A stretch of 64,000 bases of DNA from Vicinamibacteria bacterium (GCA_963668695.2 CAXXLQ010000004.1:1760001-1824000), one strand, 5' to 3'. Positions 29,903 through 41,520 are shown, counted from the stretch's first letter. Translations and numbers: made by a program. The notes: generated by a model from the letters alone, not told the origin.

Positions 29903-31042
29903 GTGAACGGGTTGACGCTCTGCGCACTTCTCGTTATGTCCGCCGCTTGTGGTGGGGGCGCAGACGGGAAACCCGTGGCACAGCCCACCAGCCCCGTTCC
30001 ATCACCACCGCCACCCCCTAATCAAGAGGACCTGGTCGGACCGCCCGCCGAAGCCGGGAAGGTCGCGGCCGGCAGAATCGCTGTCACTGTCACTTCTTCG
30101 GCGGGCGAGCCGCTCCCCGAAGCCCCCTACAAATGGACCACGGATGAGCATTCCGGATGGGTGTTCCCGGCCGAGGGCAAGGCGGACGAAGAGGGGAGGA
30201 TTTCCGGCGCCTGGATCCCCGGGTTTCCCGGATTGGGAAAGCTGATTCTGGGTTTCTCGGACGGAGAGGAGGAAAGGACGATCGAGTACCAGACGTTCAG
30301 TATTGCCCCTTCCCGGCCGCCAAGTTCCGCCATCAATCTGGCCATCCAAGACAGCCCCGGGGCGACGGGTTACTCCATCGACATGACCCCACTGACGGAA
30401 CCTCGCAAGACCTACTACGCCGCCCTCGCGTGGGACGGCGGGTATGCCGGGCTACAGCGAGCCGGAAGCCACTATGACCGGCAACTGCAGTTCTCCCTAT
30501 GGAATGTCCCGCAAGGCTTGGCGACGCTTGAGGATGCTGCTGATGGCGTGAACTGTCGCTCCTTCGGTGGCGAGGGAACCGGGGTGCAATGTGAAGCGGA
30601 GTATCCGTGGGTTGTGGGTGGGACCTATCGCTTCGAGATGACCGAAGAGATCTCCAACGGGGTCAGTGTGATTTCCCTCCAGGTAACGGATCTGGAGTCT
30701 GGCGTCAGCCGGTATATCGGAACGCTTCGTTTCGGCCGGAAAGCGAATCTAACCGGTTTTGGGGTGTTCGTGGAGGATTTTGACCGCCTCCGACCAACGT
30801 GCCTCGAGCAGCCGGTTAGGAGCGCTGCCTTCCATCGGGCCATGGCCCGGACTGCCAATGGAGGGTGGATTCCGCTTGTGAGTGCCATCTTGCAGCCACA
30901 TGCCGAGGATGCCGGGAACCCCGGAACCCCGGCCTGCGCGAACTTCGACGCCCGCGAACACTCTGCGGGACTCGAAATCGTCATGGGCGGCACAAACGTA
31001 CGGGACCCGCACGCGACAGTCAGGGTCACGATCCCACGGTAG
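29903..31042 (+). CDS. Lipoprotein with DUF3472/DUF5077-like domain
   Basis: Lipobox SAAC, TYYAALAWDGGYAGLQ, FSLWN, FGGEGTG, FVEDF; lower GC; start inferred. Confidence 0.65.
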   Translation: MNGLTLCALLVMSAACGGGADGKPVAQPTSPVPSPPPPPNQEDLVGPPAEAGKVAAGRIAVTVTSSAGEPLPEAPYKWTTDEHSGWVFPAEGKADEEGRISGAWIPGFPGLGKLILGFSDGEEERTIEYQTFSIAPSRPPSSAINLAIQDSPGATGYSIDMTPLTEPRKTYYAALAWDGGYAGLQRAGSHYDRQLQFSLWNVPQGLATLEDAADGVNCRSFGGEGTGVQCEAEYPWVVGGTYRFEMTEEISNGVSVISLQVTDLESGVSRYIGTLRFGRKANLTGFGVFVEDFDRLRPTCLEQPVRSAAFHRAMARTANGGWIPLVSAILQPHAEDAGNPGTPACANFDAREHSAGLEIVMGGTNVRDPHATVRVTIPR

Positions 31043-31119
31043 CGGTTACTCCTTCCTCCCGCGCCGTAGTCAGCAAGGACGACCGACGGTACCCCGCTCG
31101 CCGCCGAATCGGTCCTCCC

Positions 31120-32277
31120 TCAGATCACGTTGCCCTCGGGAACCCCGGTCCCTCCCGCAAACCGCGCGACCGAAAACGCGCTGATGTCCAGCGTCCTCGA
31201 CTCCCCGTCCGCGATCACCTCGGAAATCGCCTTTCCCACCGCCGGGGCGTGCTGCATCCCGTGCCCCGAGAACCCGTTCGCCAGCACGAATCGCGGAACC
31301 TCCGGCACCGGCCCCAGGATCGCGTTGTGGTCGGGCGACACCTCGTAGAGGCCGGCATTCAGCGTCTTCATCGATGCCTCCTCCACCCGCGGCAACCGCC
31401 GCGCCGCGTCCTCCCACACTCCGGCCAGATAGTCCAGATCCGGGGTCTGAGAGAACCCCGGCGGCTCGTCCGGGTCGGAGTTGCCGATCAGCATCCCGCC
31501 GCTGTGGACGTGCATGTAGACCCCCGTCCCCCAGTCGATGGTCAGCGGCATCTTCTTCGGCACCCAAGAGAGCGGCTCCGTCGTGAAGAACTGCCGCCGC
31601 ATCGGCGAAACCGGGACTTCCACCCCGAGGAGCGCACCCACCTGACCCGCCCACGGCCCGGCGGCGTTCACGAGCCAGTCGCACTCCCACCGCTCGCCGT
31701 CGGCAACAAAGGCAAAACCACCCCCCGCCACGACAGAAACCGACGTCACTTCGCAGCCGCGCCGCAGCTCCACCCCCGCCCGCCGGGCGAGCGCCGCGTA
31801 CCCCGCCACCAGCGCCGCCGGCGTCGCGACCCCGTCTTCCCCGCAAAACGTCGCCCCCACCAGATCGTCCGTCACGATCCCCGGCAGGATCCGCTCGGCC
31901 TCCTCGGGTGTGATCACCTCCACCGGCGCCCCCAAGGCCCGCTGCACCACCGCGGTCTCCGAAAACCGGCGCAGATCCTCCTCCGAGTTCAGCAGGAACA
32001 GATACCCGTCCTGCGCGAAATCCGCGTCCACGCCGGTTCTCTCCCGAAAGTTCCGGATCTCCTCCATCGAATACCGCGACAGCGCCACGTTCGCCGCCGT
32101 GGTGAACTGCAACCGCACCCCGCCGGCGGCCTTGGCAGTCGAACCCGTCCCCAAAGCGTCCTCCCGCTCGAAGACCACCACCCGGCCGACCTTCCGCTCC
32201 GCCAGGTGCGCGGCGATCGAGGCGCCGATCACCCCGCCGCCGACGATGGCTACCTCCGCAAACCGTTCCCCACCCAT
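31120..32277 (-). CDS. FAD-dependent oxidoreductase (DAO/sarcosine oxidase beta-like)
   Basis: GGGVIG, GSTAKAAGG, NAAGPWA, GFSGHG. Confidence 0.9.
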   Translation of the reverse strand: MGGERFAEVAIVGGGVIGASIAAHLAERKVGRVVVFEREDALGTGSTAKAAGGVRLQFTTAANVALSRYSMEEIRNFRERTGVDADFAQDGYLFLLNSEEDLRRFSETAVVQRALGAPVEVITPEEAERILPGIVTDDLVGATFCGEDGVATPAALVAGYAALARRAGVELRRGCEVTSVSVVAGGGFAFVADGERWECDWLVNAAGPWAGQVGALLGVEVPVSPMRRQFFTTEPLSWVPKKMPLTIDWGTGVYMHVHSGGMLIGNSDPDEPPGFSQTPDLDYLAGVWEDAARRLPRVEEASMKTLNAGLYEVSPDHNAILGPVPEVPRFVLANGFSGHGMQHAPAVGKAISEVIADGESRTLDISAFSVARFAGGTGVPEGNVI

Positions 32278-32360
32278 CACGCTCCGCCCCCCGGGATTTC
32301 TTGAATCATCGCTAATTCCGGCATCGGTTTTGGGGCGTCCTCCCGGTAAATTACGCTCCC

Positions 32361-33665
<1,305 letters not shown>

Positions 33666-33903
33666 GGTCGGGCGGCCGAGCCATCTGAGCGAGCGGCGCC
33701 GCGCGCTTTGTGGCCCTGCCATCCACTGAGATCGGAAGTCCCGCACGGTCGAGACGGGGCGTTCCGGGTTTGGGACGGAGTGAGAGAGATCGTGCCGATG
33801 GGACCGGCAGCCCGACGCCCGATGGAGGTGGGGGACGTTATCGGCGCGAATCTGTTCATTAACCAATAAGTGTTGGTTTTCGGATCAACACAACGATAAT
33901 GTT

Positions 33904-34347
33904 GTGTCTGTGATCGTCGAGTTCGACCCGAAGACCGACTACCTCCCACCAGGCGTCCACGATGCCGAGTGGTGCGACGTTGCCGGTCGCTTCGCTGGCA
34001 ACAGCCACCGCGCGCGGCTCATCGGAGGTCTGCTTGCTGCAGGCCGCAACCTGGCAGCGGCCGGATGTGGGGAGTTGCTGCTGGACGGCAGCTTCGTTGC
34101 GGCGAAGTCGCTGCCGGCGGACTACGACGGCGCCTGGGAAACAGCGGGAGTCGACCCGGACCGGCTGGACCCGGTTCTTCTCGACTTCAGCAACCGCCGT
34201 GCGGCGATGAAGGCGAAGTACTTGGGAGACCTATTCCCGGCGTCGGCGTTTGCTACGCCGGGAGTGCTTTACCGTGACTTCTTTAGGACGGACCGAAACG
34301 GCGTCGAAAAGGGCGTCGTCCTGATCGATCTGGGGAGCTTGCCATGA
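33904..34347 (+). CDS. DUF6932-like (nucleotidyltransferase-fold) protein
   Basis: YLPPGVH, LDGSFV..K..P.DYD motif. Confidence 0.7.
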   Translation: MSVIVEFDPKTDYLPPGVHDAEWCDVAGRFAGNSHRARLIGGLLAAGRNLAAAGCGELLLDGSFVAAKSLPADYDGAWETAGVDPDRLDPVLLDFSNRRAAMKAKYLGDLFPASAFATPGVLYRDFFRTDRNGVEKGVVLIDLGSLP

Positions 34348-34802
34348 TTACCAACGAGAGGCAGTACAAGATCACGCGGAAGAGGGCGGTCGGCTTTGCC
34401 CGCGCGATCGAGCAGTTCGACACGAGGTCGCACGAGTGCACCGACGTGCATCCGCGGCTGCTGCGGGCCGAACTGGAGGCCCTGAAGAGCCAACTGGCGG
34501 ATTTGCGCACAGAGCTTGAGGAGTACGAGCAGTTGAAGTCGGCCGATCTGCCGGCTATTTCGGTGGCGTCGTTCGACGAACTCGCGAACGGCCTGATCAA
34601 GGCCAGGATCGCGGCGGGTCTGAGCCAGCGGGCGCTCGCGCAACGGCTGAATCTGAAGGAGCAGCAGATCCAGCGGTACGAAGCGGAGCGCTATGCGTCT
34701 GCCAGCTATCGGCGACTGTGCGAGGTCGCGCACGCCTCGGGGGTTCGGGTCGAAAACGAGATGCTCCTTCGAGTAGTGCCGGTCAGTCTTGAGGGGCTGT
34801 GA
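34344..34802 (+). CDS. XRE-family HTH protein (putative antitoxin)
   Basis: MITNERQYKIT, LIKARIAAGLSQRALA...QQIQRYE. Confidence 0.85.
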   Translation: MITNERQYKITRKRAVGFARAIEQFDTRSHECTDVHPRLLRAELEALKSQLADLRTELEEYEQLKSADLPAISVASFDELANGLIKARIAAGLSQRALAQRLNLKEQQIQRYEAERYASASYRRLCEVAHASGVRVENEMLLRVVPVSLEGL

Positions 34803-34980
34803 GGTGGACCCGATCGTTTGGCCCGATCGTTTGGACAGCCGTCCCCACGCCTTGGCTCTATCGGCGAGACGCGCTTTGCGGCCCTGCGGGCCGCGTGCCG
34901 GCCCCCACCGGGAGAACTGGCCGGAGGTCTGGCGTTCCAAGCCGTCCCCGCGCTTATTGCTGGGCGGCGCTCCCCAGCCC

Positions 34981-36108
34981 CTACGCGTGGACGAGCGTCT
35001 CCTCGGCGACCTCGGCGAGGGTCTCGCTGATGATCCCGAGGCTCTCGGTCACTACCTCGGGCTCGGCGCCGAAGCCGATCCGCAGGAAGCCTTCGAGTTC
35101 GAAGTGGTGCGCCGGCACCACCAGCAGGCTCCGCTCGATCCGCAGGCGCTCGATGAGGTCCTCGGACCGGATCGGGTGGTCGTAGCGCACCGCGGCGATC
35201 GCGCCCGCGAGCGGCGGCGTCCAGCTCAGCCGCACCGGGTGGTTCTCATGGGACTCCACCCAGTCGTACACCATCGGCAACTGCCGGCGGATGATGCCCC
35301 GGGTCCGCTCCAGGATGGCCGGCCGCTTGTCGAGGGCGATCTGCGCCAGCCGGTCGGCCAGCCCATTCACCGCGAGGCTGCTGTAGTCCCGGTGGGCCCA
35401 AAGCTCGGCCGCCTTCTCCTCGGTGGTGACCGTCCACCCGACCCGGAGGCCGGGCAGCCCGAAAGCCTTCGAGAGCCCCGCGTTCAGCAGGATCTTCTCG
35501 GTGCGGCCCCAGAAGCTCGGGCAATCCTCGCCGCTCAGTTCGGCGCCCCGATACACCTCGTCGGCGAGCAGCCAGGCGCCCGACCACTCCGCGATCTCCA
35601 CGATCCGGTCCATCTCGGCCTCGGTCAGCACCGCGCCGCTCGGGTTGTTCGGGTTGCAGATCGCGATCATCCGCGTCCGCTCGCTGACCGCCGCTTCGAG
35701 GGCTTCGAGGTCGGGCCGCCAGCCGTTCTCTTCGACCAGCGGGAACGGCACGATCCGCGCGCCGAACGAGCGGCAGGCCCCGATGAGCTGCATGTAGTTC
35801 GGGATCATCGCCACCACCTCGTCGCCGGGCGACAAGGTCGTCAGCGCGGAGAGGAAGTTGGCCTCGGCGGTCCCCGTGGTCACGATGATCTGGTCCACGT
35901 TCGACCCGGGGTAGAGCGCCGCGATGCGCTCCCGGAGCGGGATCGTCCCGTTCGACTGCGGATAGCCGAGCAGCGTGTCCCCGAGGTCCACCTCCCCGGC
36001 GAGTTCGGCGAGCGTCAGGGGGTGCACTCCGCTCTCCGAGATGTTCAGCCGGACGGTGTTTTCCCACCGGCAAAGGCATCGTTCCATCACGAACGGTTCG
36101 AACTTCAT
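34981..36108 (-). CDS. PLP-dependent aminotransferase class I/II
   Basis: CNPNNPSG, DEVY, SKAFGLPGLRVGW. Confidence 0.92.
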   Translation of the reverse strand: MKFEPFVMERCLCRWENTVRLNISESGVHPLTLAELAGEVDLGDTLLGYPQSNGTIPLRERIAALYPGSNVDQIIVTTGTAEANFLSALTTLSPGDEVVAMIPNYMQLIGACRSFGARIVPFPLVEENGWRPDLEALEAAVSERTRMIAICNPNNPSGAVLTEAEMDRIVEIAEWSGAWLLADEVYRGAELSGEDCPSFWGRTEKILLNAGLSKAFGLPGLRVGWTVTTEEKAAELWAHRDYSSLAVNGLADRLAQIALDKRPAILERTRGIIRRQLPMVYDWVESHENHPVRLSWTPPLAGAIAAVRYDHPIRSEDLIERLRIERSLLVVPAHHFELEGFLRIGFGAEPEVVTESLGIISETLAEVAEETLVHA

Positions 36109-36192
36109 GGGGCGCGGCTCCTCGGGTTGCTGCTGCCGAACCCTCCGGCGGCTGAACCCGCAATCCTAAGCCCACCCGCGTAACATTCCGCC

Positions 36193-37323
36193 GTGATGGA
36201 GCGGAACCCCACCCGCCGGGTCGAAATCGGGAACGTCGCCGTGGGCGGCGGCAATCCGATCGTCGTCCAGAGCATGTGCGCCACCCACACCCAGAACGTG
36301 GAGGCCACCTCCGCCCAGGCCGAGGCGCTCCGCGAGGCCGGCGCCGGGATCGTGCGCATCGCGGTGGACAGCAAGAAGGACGTCGACGCGCTCGCCGAAG
36401 TCCGGAAGCGCACGACCGCCAATCTGGCCGTGGACCTCCAGGAAAGCTACCGGCTCGCCGAGAGCGTCGCCCCGCACGTGGACAAGATCCGCTACAACCC
36501 GGGCCACCTCTGGCACCACGAGACCTCGCTGCCGGTGGCGGACAAGGTGAAGTACCTCGCCGGCGTCGCCGGGGAGCACGACTGCGCCATCCGCGTCGGG
36601 GTCAACTGCGGCTCGATGGATCCGGCGCACCAGGGCCGCTTCCACGGCGACCCGGTGGGCGCGATGGTGGCCTCGGCCGCCGAGCACTGCGAGCTGCTCG
36701 ACTCGTTCGGGTTCACCCGCTACGTGGTCTCGCTCAAGGACTCCGACCCCGCGAACGTGATCGAGGGGAACCGCCGCTTCGCGGCCGAACGGCCCGACGT
36801 GCCGCTCCACCTCGGCGTCACCGAGGCCGGCATGCCCCCCGAGGGCATCATCAAGACCCGGATCGCCTTCGAGCAGCTCGTCAGCCGCGGCATCGGCGAC
36901 ACCGTCCGCGTGTCGCTCACCCTGCCGAACCCCCGGAAACCGGAAGAAGTGAAGGCCGGCCACGAGATCCTCACCGACATCGCGAACGGCCGTTTCCGCT
37001 CGGTCCCGGAGTTCCCGAAGGACAAGCTGAACATCATCTCCTGCCCGTCCTGCTCACGGGTCGAGAACGAGAAGTTCATCGAGCTGGCGGAGGATGTCCG
37101 GGAGATGACCCGCTACGCCGAGCGTCACGCGATCACCATCGCCGTCATGGGCTGCCGGGTGAACGGCCCGGGAGAAACGGACGACGCCGACCTCGGGCTC
37201 TGGTGCGGCCCGGCGTTCGTGAACCTGAAGAAGGGCCCGCAGTCGCTCGGCGCCTACCCCTACGACCAGATCCTCCCCCGGCTGAAGGCCGAGGTGGACC
37301 GCCTGATCGCCGACCGGGTCTGA
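36193..37323 (+). CDS. ispG: (E)-4-hydroxy-3-methylbut-2-enyl-diphosphate synthase
   Basis: [45 protein letters not shown]. Confidence 0.95.
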   Translation: MMERNPTRRVEIGNVAVGGGNPIVVQSMCATHTQNVEATSAQAEALREAGAGIVRIAVDSKKDVDALAEVRKRTTANLAVDLQESYRLAESVAPHVDKIRYNPGHLWHHETSLPVADKVKYLAGVAGEHDCAIRVGVNCGSMDPAHQGRFHGDPVGAMVASAAEHCELLDSFGFTRYVVSLKDSDPANVIEGNRRFAAERPDVPLHLGVTEAGMPPEGIIKTRIAFEQLVSRGIGDTVRVSLTLPNPRKPEEVKAGHEILTDIANGRFRSVPEFPKDKLNIISCPSCSRVENEKFIELAEDVREMTRYAERHAITIAVMGCRVNGPGETDDADLGLWCGPAFVNLKKGPQSLGAYPYDQILPRLKAEVDRLIADRV

Positions 37324-37513
37324 GCGGTCGATAGACAGAGTCACGCGGCCCAGTCCTCCCGGTGGGGGCTCGGCCAGCGATGCATCCCGGCTGACCGCTT
37401 CGCTCTGCGTTGCGATCCGGTCGGAATACGGTCTGTATGCCTTCCGAATCGCGCCTTGTCAGCCGGGCGCCTCCCCGACCTCGGCGCTCACATCACTCTG
37501 TCTACCGGCCGCT
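37323..37513 (-). mobile_element. MITE-like element, copy 4, exactly between two convergent stop codons
   Basis: Ends agcggtcgatagacagagt / actctgtctaccggccgct; shared core sequence. Confidence 0.75.
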
Positions 37514-38445
37514 TAGCCGGCGTCCGGCGAGTCGGCCGGATCCCGCCGCGCGGCCATGTCCTGCTGGCGGGCGGCGAAAGAAAGCTGGTGGTTGGCCAGC
37601 TGCCGCCGCCGGGTAAAGAGCCACTCGTTCAGCTCGGGAGCCGCGATTTCCGGCGCCTCCCGCACCTCTTTCTCCACGAACCCGAGGATGGTCTCGAGGA
37701 AGAAATCCTCTTCGCCCGGATAGCCCTCGTCCGTCGGGACGACGCGCCAATCGGAACGGCCCACGGCCAGTTCCGAAAAACCCGACCCCGGGAGGCGGAC
37801 CTCCCCGAGCAGCCGTTCCCCGGCGATGGGGTCCCCGCCGCGGTCTCCGGCCATGCTGGCGTGGTAGCACACCAGGAGCCGCCGGTCGAGCTCGTGCGGC
37901 GGTCCGAAGCGGGTCACTCCGGCGAAGGTGAGCGTGGCGTAGAAGATGCCGCCCGCAGCCAGCAGCCGCCGGCCGAGCGATAGCGCCGTGCCCCGCCCGA
38001 GGAGGTCCCAAAAGGACTGGGCGAGCAGCAAGTCGAAGGCCCCGTCCTCCCGCGGGTCGAACCCCCGCGGTATGGCGGCTTCGCGAAACCGCACGTCGAA
38101 GGCCCGCCCGCCGCCCCCGAAGCGGAGCCGGTTCGCGTCCTCTTCCTCCATCCGGAATCCCGCCGCGTCGGCCCACGCGTGGACTTCCTGCCGGTAGACG
38201 GCGAGCGGGACGGGGTCGCGGTCCACTACGGTGAACTCCACCTGCGGAAACGGCGCGAACAATCGGGTCCATTGCCGGAACGCGCCCCCGGCGCCACCTC
38301 CGCACTCGAGGACCCGGAGCGGCCGGTCCGCCGGCATCCGCGCGAGGGCCTGCGCAACCGCGTTGCGCACCGCGAGATTGACGCCGCGCGCATCCACTGA
38401 GGCCTTCGCCCGCAGATAGCGGACGCCACCCCCCCCGTGGGGCAC
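37513..38445 (-). CDS. Class I SAM-dependent methyltransferase-like protein
   Basis: VLECGGGAG motif I, RYL.AK.SVD, FDLLLAQSFWDL. Confidence 0.7.
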   Translation of the reverse strand: MPHGGGGVRYLRAKASVDARGVNLAVRNAVAQALARMPADRPLRVLECGGGAGGAFRQWTRLFAPFPQVEFTVVDRDPVPLAVYRQEVHAWADAAGFRMEEEDANRLRFGGGGRAFDVRFREAAIPRGFDPREDGAFDLLLAQSFWDLLGRGTALSLGRRLLAAGGIFYATLTFAGVTRFGPPHELDRRLLVCYHASMAGDRGGDPIAGERLLGEVRLPGSGFSELAVGRSDWRVVPTDEGYPGEEDFFLETILGFVEKEVREAPEIAAPELNEWLFTRRRQLANHQLSFAARQQDMAARRDPADSPDAG

Positions 38446-38450
38446 GGTCC

Positions 38451-38537
38451 TTACTTCTTGCGCTGCTTCGGCCGTTTTTTCCCGGTGGTGCCCTGGAAGA
38501 TCTTGCCGCGTTTGGTGCGCCGGTCGCCTTTACCCAT
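38451..38537 (-). CDS. thx: 30S ribosomal protein bTHX
   Basis: Hand translation MGKGDRRTKRGKIFQGTTGKKRPKQRKK closely resembles Thermus THX; absent from the ORF track. Confidence 0.88.
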   Translation of the reverse strand: MGKGDRRTKRGKIFQGTTGKKRPKQRKK

Positions 38538-38616
38538 AAGACGCGGGATTGTATCGATGTTGTGAGGAGCGCCGGGGGTGCGTTGCGCAGCCCGTGGCTA
38601 GGTGGGGGCGACGAGG

Positions 38617-38804
38617 GTGATTGGGTTTGGGAGTTTCGCGGCCCTGCGGGCCGCGATGCCGGTCTGAAGACCGGCGCTCCTACGCTCCTGCGCCATCCCC
38701 GGTTAGTCCAGCGCGAGGCGGGTGATTGGGTTTGGGAGTTTCGCCTCCCTGCGGTCTGCGATGCTGGCCAGTTCTCCCGGTGGGGGCCTGAAGACCGGCG
38801 CTCC
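38617..38804. repeat. Tandem pair of REP units, first empty, second containing the 21-mer
   Basis: gggtgattgggtttgggagtttcgc...gatgc(c/t)gg[21-mer]ctgaagaccggcgctcc x2. Confidence 0.85.
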
Positions 38805-38846
38805 GATGGTCCCAGGGGCTTGCGTGCTGTTCCTTACAATCAGCGC

Positions 38847-39602
38847 ATGCGTATCGACCTCAACTGCGACATGGGCGAAAGCTTCGGCAACTACGAACTC
38901 GGGTGCGACGAGGAGATCCTCGAGATCGTCACTTCGGCGAACGTCGCCTGCGGTTTCCACGCCGGCGATCCGGTCATCATGGACCGGACGGTGGGGCTCG
39001 CGATGGAACGCGGGGTCGCGATCGGGGCCCACCCCGGCCACCACGATCTCCGGGGCTTCGGCCGGCGCCCGATCCAGGCCCCGGCGGACGAGGTCGAGGC
39101 GGACGTTCTCTACCAGGTGGGCGCCCTCGCCGCCTTCGTCCGCTCCCACAACGGACGGATGGTCCACGTGAAGCCGCACGGAGCCCTTTACAACCAGGCG
39201 GTGGCCGACCCGAAGCTTTCCGCCGCGCTCGCCCGGGCGGTGGCGCGGGCCGACAAGGGCCTCGTCTTCGTGGGGCTCGCCACCTCGAGCGCGATGCGCG
39301 AGGCCGCCGAGGCCGAGGGCCTCCGCTTCGCGGGCGAGGCGTTCGCCGACCGGGTCTACAACCCCGACGGGACGCTCCAGTCGCGCCGGATCCCGGGTTC
39401 CGTCATCCACGATCCCGAGAAAGCCGCGGCGCAGGCGGTCGCGATCGCCCACGGAACGGTGATCGCCCACGACGGCACCGAGGTTCCGGTGGCCGCCGAG
39501 ACGCTCTGCCTCCACGGCGACAACCCGGCGGCGCTCGAAAACGCCCGCACCGTCCGGCGCCGGCTCGAAGCGTCCGGCGTCGCCGTCCGCCCCCTCGGCT
39601 GA
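38847..39602 (+). CDS. pxpA: 5-oxoprolinase subunit A (LamB/YcsF)
   Basis: IDLNCDMGESFG, ACGFHAGDP, HVKPHGALYN, CLHGD. Confidence 0.95.
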   Translation: MRIDLNCDMGESFGNYELGCDEEILEIVTSANVACGFHAGDPVIMDRTVGLAMERGVAIGAHPGHHDLRGFGRRPIQAPADEVEADVLYQVGALAAFVRSHNGRMVHVKPHGALYNQAVADPKLSAALARAVARADKGLVFVGLATSSAMREAAEAEGLRFAGEAFADRVYNPDGTLQSRRIPGSVIHDPEKAAAQAVAIAHGTVIAHDGTEVPVAAETLCLHGDNPAALENARTVRRRLEASGVAVRPLG

Positions 39603-39677
39603 CCACGCCCCCTCGGCTGACCACGCCCCCTCGGGAGCCCGCGCAGGTGTCCAGCCCGGGCGAGCCGTACCTGCCGA

Positions 39678-39849
39678 ACAGCCCGTGAATCAAGTAGCCC
39701 GGCATTCGACCGGCGATGCATCCCGGCTGAACCGCTGCGCTCTGCGTTGCAAATCAGTCGGAATACACTCGGTATGCCTCCCGATTTGCGTCTTGTCAGC
39801 CGGGCGCCTCGCCACTCTCGGTGCTCGACCTGCTCTATCCACGGACTGT
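39678..39849 (-). mobile_element. MITE-like element, copy 5, inserted in the 5' end of pxpB-C
   Basis: Ends acagcccgtgaatcaag / ctctatccacggactgt|TA; carries no 21-mer. Confidence 0.8.
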
Positions 39850-41473
39850 TAACGCGGGCGAAGCGGCCTTCGCGGTCGAGTTCGGGAACGAAATCTCGCT
39901 TGAGCTGAACCGGAAGGCCACCGCGCTGGCGGCGCTGCTCGAACGGGAGCCCTTCCAGGGATACCGGGAAGCGGTCCCCACCTTCCGCTCGGTGCTCGTC
40001 TTCCACGATCCGGAGGCGGACCCGGACGCCATCCGCGCCCACGCGCTCGAACTCGCGCGCCGCGCCGGCGGGGAACCCGAGCCGGAACCGCGCCTGCTGG
40101 AGATCCCGTGCGTCTATGACGGCGAGGACCTTCGGGACGTGGCGGCGCAGATCGGGGTGTCCGTGGAGGAGCTGATCCGGATCCATTCCGGACGCGACTA
40201 CCGCGTCTACATCATCGGCTTCACGCCGGGGTTCCCGTACCTCGGGATGGCCGACCCGCGCCTCGACATCCCGCGCCGCCCGGTCCCGCGGGTGCGCGTC
40301 CCGGCGGGGGCGGTCGCCATGGCCCGCGCGCAGACCGGCATCTACCCGTGGGTGACGCCCGGCGGCTGGCACCTCCTCGGGCGGATGGACCCGGCGCTGC
40401 TCTTCGATCCCGGGAAGAGTCCGCCGAGCGGCTGCGTGCCGGGCGATCAGGTGCGGTTCCTGCCGGTCACCGAACTGCCGGAACGCCCGGCGGCGGAAAC
40501 GCCCGCGCCTCCGCCCCCCGAGGGGCCGCCGGCCTGCGAGGTGGAACGCGGCGGGCTCCTCACCACCGTCCAGGACCTCGGCCGTCCCGGGTACCAGCGC
40601 TACGGCGTCCCCTGGTCGGGGGCGGCCGATCCGGCGTCCCTGATCTTCGCGAACCGGGCGGTCGGGAACCCGGACGGCGCCGCCGGGCTCGAATGCACCC
40701 TGCTGGGCCCCGTGCTCCGCTTTCTGCAGCCGGTGCTCGCGGCGCTCGGCGGCGCCGACCACCGCGCGGTCCTGCACCTGCCGGGGGGCGGGCGCTGGCA
40801 GGTTCCCGTGGGGACTTCCTTCCTGGCCCCGGCGGGAAGCGCCCTCCGCTTCGCGGGGCCCCCGGGCGGGATGCGGGCCTACCTCGCCTTCGCCGGCGGC
40901 ATTGCAGTTCCCGAAGTGCTGGGATCGCGCGCCACCTACCTCACCGCCGCTCTCGGGGGCTTCGAGGGCCGCGCGCTCCGCCCCGGCGACCGGCTCCACG
41001 TCGGACCGGCCCCGGCCGGCGCCCGGGAAAACCGCTACGAACCGGGCGCCCGCCGCACGGCCGAGACCGGGCCCCTCCGGCTCCGGATCAGCCTCGGACC
41101 GCAGGAGGACTGCTTCACCGAGCAGTGCCTGGGGACGCTGGCCGAGCTGCGCTTCACGGTCTCGAACGACTCGAACCGGATGGGCGTCCGGCTCGACGGC
41201 CCCATCCTCGAACACCGCGAGGGGATGAAGGAGATCGTCTCGGACGCCAACCCGCACGGGACGATCCAGGTGCCCCCGGGCGGCCACCCCATCGTCATGG
41301 GCGCCGATCAGGGCATCACCGGCGGCTACCCGAAGATCGGGAACGTGGTCGCCCCCGATCTCGCCCGCCTGGCCCAGGCGCTCCCGGGCGCCGGGGTGGG
41401 TCTGGACATCGTCTCGCTGGACGAGGCCCGCGAGATCACGCTCGCGGATCTGGCCCGATTGCGGGAGGTTTGA
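39821..41473 (+). CDS. pxpB: Fused 5-oxoprolinase subunits B-C; original start GTG 39647 cut off by the element
   Basis: GFTPGFPYLG, YPWVTPGGW (B); TVQDLGRPG, GSRAT, SNRMG.RL, TGGYPKI (C). Confidence 0.85.
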   Translation: MLDLLYPRTVNAGEAAFAVEFGNEISLELNRKATALAALLEREPFQGYREAVPTFRSVLVFHDPEADPDAIRAHALELARRAGGEPEPEPRLLEIPCVYDGEDLRDVAAQIGVSVEELIRIHSGRDYRVYIIGFTPGFPYLGMADPRLDIPRRPVPRVRVPAGAVAMARAQTGIYPWVTPGGWHLLGRMDPALLFDPGKSPPSGCVPGDQVRFLPVTELPERPAAETPAPPPPEGPPACEVERGGLLTTVQDLGRPGYQRYGVPWSGAADPASLIFANRAVGNPDGAAGLECTLLGPVLRFLQPVLAALGGADHRAVLHLPGGGRWQVPVGTSFLAPAGSALRFAGPPGGMRAYLAFAGGIAVPEVLGSRATYLTAALGGFEGRALRPGDRLHVGPAPAGARENRYEPGARRTAETGPLRLRISLGPQEDCFTEQCLGTLAELRFTVSNDSNRMGVRLDGPILEHREGMKEIVSDANPHGTIQVPPGGHPIVMGADQGITGGYPKIGNVVAPDLARLAQALPGAGVGLDIVSLDEAREITLADLARLREV

Positions 41474-41520
41474 GGGGGAGGCTTGAGGGGAGGTTTGAGC
41501 CTCACCGAGTGAGAACTCAG

